DNA of 49,995 nucleotides from a virus (Duplodnaviria; Heunggongvirae; Uroviricota; Caudoviricetes): IMG/VR virus record IMGVR_UViG_2721755643_000006, positions 1 to 49,995 of that record; one strand, 5' to 3'. Shown piece by piece: positions 45,855 to 49,995 of this stretch (position 1 is its first letter; each line of letters starts with the position of its first letter). The notes under the pieces were generated by a model. It saw only the letters and a program-made list of their open reading frames with translations, ran no database searches and was not told where the DNA came from. The position numbers and the translations under genes were made by a program.

Positions 45855-46042
45855 ATACAGTATTTGCACTCGTTCTGACGGTTTTTCTTGTTTCCGGTGA
45901 ACCGGTTGACATGGTTACTGGCGTATACAGCTCAATGAAAGAATGTAGGACTGCCGCAGCGAAACAGAAAATTCCCGGTGACTGTTATCCGGTCGATAAA
46001 GTTATTCACCAGGATAATATCGAAATCCCGGCAGGTCTTTAA
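45851..46042 (+). CDS. ydfD: YdfD-like small membrane lysis protein
   Basis: MNTVFALVLTVFLVSGEPVD......CYPVDKVIHQDNIEIPAGL matches Qin YdfD; ATGA overlap with dicB. Confidence 0.8.
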   Translation: MNTVFALVLTVFLVSGEPVDMVTGVYSSMKECRTAAAKQKIPGDCYPVDKVIHQDNIEIPAGL

Positions 46043-46135
46043 AACAGTTCCGTAATAAATATCCGGTTTCATTCTTATATGCCAGCAATGGCAGGGATTT
46101 GTTCACCCTTAAATCTGTGATGAGGTTTATCAATA

Positions 46136-48577
46136 ATGAGCACTGATAAAGAAGAATTTGCACTATATTGCGAAGCAAAAAATGACAAAGTAAGAAAACG
46201 CCTGGGAATTAAAGGTGGTTTTTACTGGACTACAGCAAAAAAATTATCTGTTGCAATCTCCCGCTGCATTACCGCAATGGATGACAACGATTATGATGAA
46301 GACGACTTTAAAAAACCCGTCCGCGTCAATTTGCCCGTTGTTGACGACCTTCCGCCAGAAGGCGTGTTTGATACTGAATTCTGCAACCGCTATGAAAAAG
46401 GCGGGAAAGATGGCATCACAATGACATTTATCGGCCCTTCCCCCTCTGTTCAGGACAAACCAGCCAGCACTGACAATACCAACATCAACGGCGAAGACAT
46501 GACTGAGATTGAGGAGAGCATGCTTCTGCCTGTCTCCGGTCAGGAACTGCCCATTCGTTGGCTTGCTCAACACGGCAGCGAAAAACCAGTAACGCACGTT
46601 TCACGCGACGAACTCCAGGCATTACACATTGCATGGGCTGAAGAACTACCGGCTGTTACTGCCCTGGCTATTTCGCATAAAACCAGTCTGCTCGACTCGC
46701 TGGAGATTCGCGACCTCCACAAACTGGTTCGTGACACTGACAAAGTTTTCCCTAATCCTGGTAATTCAGACCTGGGACTAATAACTGCTTTTTTCGAAGC
46801 ATACCTGGACGCTGACTACACTGATCGGGGTCTGCTGACAAAAGAGTGGATGAAAGGAAATCGTGTTTCACGCATCACCCGCACGGCTTCCGGTGCTAAT
46901 GCTGGCGGTGGGAACAAAACCGATCGCAATCCGAATTTAGTACACACCCTCGACACACTGGATGTGGAGATTGCAGCAGCCACACTTCCGATGGATTTTA
47001 ATATTTATGAAATTCCGGGCAGCGTTTATCGTCGCGCAAAAGAAGTAGTCCTGAAAAAAGAAAGTCCGTTCAAAGAATGGTCCGCAGCACTTCGTGCAAC
47101 CCCGGGTATTCTGGACTATTCCCGCGCCGCTATTTTTGCACTTATCCGAAGCGCACACCCTGAATTTTATCACTACCCGGGACGCCTTCAGGGGTATATC
47201 AACGCCTATTTGACGGAAACTGATCACGAGAACCCCAGCAAGGAAACTCTCACAGCTGCCCGGCATACGCCGGAAAAAGATATCCTGGAAGAAATTAACC
47301 GCGAGGTGGTTACTGAGCGTGAAACAGAAGAAGAAAAACCACAACCATCTGACGCAATGGCAGGTGAACAGGCAACAACTGAAACAATGGAACCGGATAC
47401 AACTGAACATTGCCAGAACGCGCAGTCGCTGGATGCTCAGTCGCAGGTGAGTTCCGCTAACCAAGTAAAAGTCACCGCTGACGAAGTAAACAAAATTATG
47501 CAGGCAGCCAATATCAGCCAGCCTGACGCCGATAAGTTACTTGCTGTATCGCGTGGTGAATTTGTTGAGGGGATTAGCGCCCCTAATGATCCGAAATGGG
47601 TCAAGGGGAGCCAGACTCGCGATTCTGTGAACCAGAACCAGCATGAATCGGAACAGAATGACCAAAAAGCGGAACAAAACAACCCAAATGCGCGACAAAA
47701 CGAGCCAGAAACGATACAGCCTGAGCCAGTAGTGCAACAGGAACCGGAAAAAGTTTGTACCGCCTGCGGTCAGACCGGCGGCGGCAACTGCCCTGATTGT
47801 GGCGCGGTGATGGGCGACGCAACATACCATGAAACATTCGATGACAAGAACCAAGTTGAAGCTCAGGAAAATGATCCGGAGAAAATGGAAAGCACTGAAC
47901 ATCCGCACAAGGAGAACACTTGCGGCGATCAGGATCACGCCAGCGATAATGAAACTGGCGAGACGGCAAATACCTTAATTAATATGAACGGTCATCATAA
48001 AAGCACATCCACCAGCAGAATGTGGCACCACCTGATGATCGACCTTGAAACAATGGGCACAAATCCCGATGCCCCGATTATCTCAATAGGTGCAATATTT
48101 TTCGATCCGCAAACCGGAGAGATGGGGCCGGAGTTCAGCAAAGCTATCGATCTGGAAACATCTGGCGGAACCATCGACCGGAAAGCAATAAAGTGGTGGG
48201 CGAAGCGATCACGCGAAGCGCAATCTGCCATTTTTACCGATGAAATCCCGTTAGATGACGCTCTACTGCAATTACGGGAATTTATCAACGAAAACTCCGG
48301 CGAAAGCTTTGTCCAGATCTGGGGAAATGGAGCCAACTTCGACAACACGATTTTGCGCCGTTCATATGAACGGCAGGGGATCCCCTGCCCGTGGCGTTAC
48401 CACAACAATCGCGACGTGCGCACTATCGTTGAACTGGGAAAAACCATCGGTTTTGATGCCAGAACAGCTATCCCGTTCGAAGGAGTACCCCACAATGCAC
48501 TGGATGATGCCCGTCACCAGGCGAAATACGTTTCAGCTATCTGGCAAAAACTGATCCCGAGTCAGGCTGATTTTTAA
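46136..48577 (+). CDS. Large prophage exonuclease: C-terminal DnaQ-like DEDDh 3'-5' exonuclease domain, internal zinc ribbon and acidic linker
   Basis: C-terminal motifs [33 protein letters not shown]; [16 protein letters not shown] ribbon; E/Q/N-rich low-complexity linker. Confidence 0.75.
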   Translation: MSTDKEEFALYCEAKNDKVRKRLGIKGGFYWTTAKKLSVAISRCITAMDDNDYDEDDFKKPVRVNLPVVDDLPPEGVFDTEFCNRYEKGGKDGITMTFIGPSPSVQDKPASTDNTNINGEDMTEIEESMLLPVSGQELPIRWLAQHGSEKPVTHVSRDELQALHIAWAEELPAVTALAISHKTSLLDSLEIRDLHKLVRDTDKVFPNPGNSDLGLITAFFEAYLDADYTDRGLLTKEWMKGNRVSRITRTASGANAGGGNKTDRNPNLVHTLDTLDVEIAAATLPMDFNIYEIPGSVYRRAKEVVLKKESPFKEWSAALRATPGILDYSRAAIFALIRSAHPEFYHYPGRLQGYINAYLTETDHENPSKETLTAARHTPEKDILEEINREVVTERETEEEKPQPSDAMAGEQATTETMEPDTTEHCQNAQSLDAQSQVSSANQVKVTADEVNKIMQAANISQPDADKLLAVSRGEFVEGISAPNDPKWVKGSQTRDSVNQNQHESEQNDQKAEQNNPNARQNEPETIQPEPVVQQEPEKVCTACGQTGGGNCPDCGAVMGDATYHETFDDKNQVEAQENDPEKMESTEHPHKENTCGDQDHASDNETGETANTLINMNGHHKSTSTSRMWHHLMIDLETMGTNPDAPIISIGAIFFDPQTGEMGPEFSKAIDLETSGGTIDRKAIKWWAKRSREAQSAIFTDEIPLDDALLQLREFINENSGESFVQIWGNGANFDNTILRRSYERQGIPCPWRYHNNRDVRTIVELGKTIGFDARTAIPFEGVPHNALDDARHQAKYVSAIWQKLIPSQADF

Positions 48578-48629
48578 TGTTCAACCGTCGCCAGTTGTCG
48601 TTGATATTCTGCAACTGGCGCGTTCCGGA

Positions 48630-48908
48630 GTGATAGCCATGAGCGAACAGTACCTGATAACGCTCGACGAGTGGAAACCAAAACGGTTCAGTCTCCCAAT
48701 AACAAACACCACCCTGGTGAAATACGGAAAACTAGGATACATCGTTCCAAGGCCACAAAAAATTCGTGGGCGTTGGCTGATAGATCGCCGAGCAGTATTT
48801 GTTGGGCCTGGTGAAACGGGAATTGCGCCGGAAATTCATACTGGCGATGATGATGCACTGAAGGAGATTTTAACTCATGTCACCGAGGCCACGAAAAAAC
48901 AGCACTGA
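48630..48908 (+). CDS. xis: Excisionase-like DNA-binding protein
   Basis: Small basic ORF immediately upstream of and overlapping the integrase start. Confidence 0.6.
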   Translation: MIAMSEQYLITLDEWKPKRFSLPITNTTLVKYGKLGYIVPRPQKIRGRWLIDRRAVFVGPGETGIAPEIHTGDDDALKEILTHVTEATKKQH

Positions 48909-49995
48909 CGTAGCCGGTCTTTACGAAAAGTTTGATCGCAGAACTGGCAGAGTTTACTACCAGTATAAAAATCCTGTGACTGGAAAATTTCACGGACTCG
49001 GAACAGACAAAGGTAAGGCAGAAAAAATCGCTTCCACAGCCAATCAGCGAATAGCTGCAGCAGAAGCTGAATATTTCATGCGCAAAATTGATGAAAGTCC
49101 GTCAGCAACAAAACGTCGGGGTATCAGATTAAAGGCATGGGTTGATCGATATCTGAAAATACAGGACACGCGACTGAAAAATGGAGATATTGCAGCTACA
49201 ACTCACAAAGAAAAAACTCGAATGGCTGCATACCTGGTTTCCCGTCTGGGAAACCACCCATTGAAAGAACTGGAAGTAAGAGACTTTGCATTAATACTGG
49301 ATGAGTGGCTGGATAAAGACATGGTCAGCACAGCGAGAGTAAATCGTGGATTATGGGTTGATATTTATAAAGAAGCACAGCATGCAGGGGAAGTTCCTCC
49401 TGGATGGAATCCTCCGGAGGCTACCCGTAAACCGATCCCTAAAGTAACCAGAGCCAGGCTCACCATGGAAGACTGGCAAAAAATTTACAATGCAACGCCT
49501 GAAAAACACTTTATCCGTAACGCAATGCTTCTTGCGATTGTTACTGGTCAGCGCCGTGATGACATTTGCCACATGCGTTTTTCGGATGTGTGGAACGAAC
49601 ACTTACATATCACCCAGGGAAAAACCGGAATGCGTCTGGCGTTACCGCTTACACTACGCTGTGATGTCATTGGGATAACGTTAAAAGAAGTTATTGATGG
49701 GTGCCGAGACAGAATATTAAGTCCATATCTAATCCATAGTCGGCACCAGAAACAACCAAAGCCGATGAGTAAAGACAACCTGAGCGACTACTTTGCCAAA
49801 GCACGGGATCTGGCTGGGATAATTCCACCAGCAGGAAAAACTCCGCCAACATTTCATGAACAACGCTCTCTATCAGAACGGCTGTACCGTGCACAGGGTA
49901 TCGATACAAAAACATTACTAGGACATAAAGTCCAGGCAACCACCGATCGCTATAACGATACTCGGGGTCAGGAATGGGTTAAGTTGGTTATTTGA
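48877..49995 (+). CDS. int: Tyrosine integrase (lambda Int family)
   Basis: 372 aa with catalytic-domain hallmarks (AIVTGQRRDDICHMRFSDV, LGHKVQATTDRY); stop codon is the last three bases of the window. Confidence 0.9.
   Translation: MSPRPRKNSTDVAGLYEKFDRRTGRVYYQYKNPVTGKFHGLGTDKGKAEKIASTANQRIAAAEAEYFMRKIDESPSATKRRGIRLKAWVDRYLKIQDTRLKNGDIAATTHKEKTRMAAYLVSRLGNHPLKELEVRDFALILDEWLDKDMVSTARVNRGLWVDIYKEAQHAGEVPPGWNPPEATRKPIPKVTRARLTMEDWQKIYNATPEKHFIRNAMLLAIVTGQRRDDICHMRFSDVWNEHLHITQGKTGMRLALPLTLRCDVIGITLKEVIDGCRDRILSPYLIHSRHQKQPKPMSKDNLSDYFAKARDLAGIIPPAGKTPPTFHEQRSLSERLYRAQGIDTKTLLGHKVQATTDRYNDTRGQEWVKLVI

Noticed and set aside
46937-47969. Minus-strand ORFs of 81-175 aa inside the exonuclease gene
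   Set aside because: Antisense to a long, confidently coding plus-strand gene; Cys/Phe-rich low-complexity translations.

Overview
The window is almost entirely one lambdoid prophage (a lambda / Qin / DLP12 / Rac-like mosaic), lying reversed relative to the window. From right to left: integrase and excisionase (48.6-50.0 kb, + strand); an early-left operon on + with a large exonuclease, ydfD, dicB, a Rha-family protein, a DicF-like sRNA, ydfC/ydfB/ydfA and the three-component paaR2-paaA2-parE2 toxin-antitoxin; a DicA-like repressor divergent from a Cro-like gene (~41.1-41.9 kb); then on the - strand replication genes (O-like with internal iteron-like repeats, DnaC-like loader), an AT-rich island carrying an opposite-strand XRE/ImmA cassette, hok, DUF968, RusA, antiterminator Q, an antirepressor-like gene, an orphan DNA methyltransferase, four tRNAs, the lysis cassette (pinholin, YdfR-like, SAR endolysin, Rz/Rz1), a DUF4406 gene, an AT-rich two-gene cassette (286-aa soluble protein plus 2-TM membrane protein) flanked by 177-bp direct repeats with an IS5-family element beside it, cos, and a lambda-like morphogenesis block Nu1-A-W-B-C-D-E-FI-FII-Z-U-V-G/T-H-M-L-K-I. 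The tail tip is degraded: J, lom and stf are broken into frameshifted fragments. An N-terminally truncated ipaH-family E3 ligase effector gene sits at the left edge, which suggests a Shigella/EIEC host. No Stx genes and no CRISPR array are present. The best candidates for an undescribed system are the cos-proximal two-gene cassette and the opposite-strand XRE-ImmA-small-ORF cassette. All calls rest on reading the ORF translations and sequence by eye against remembered protein families; no database search was run.
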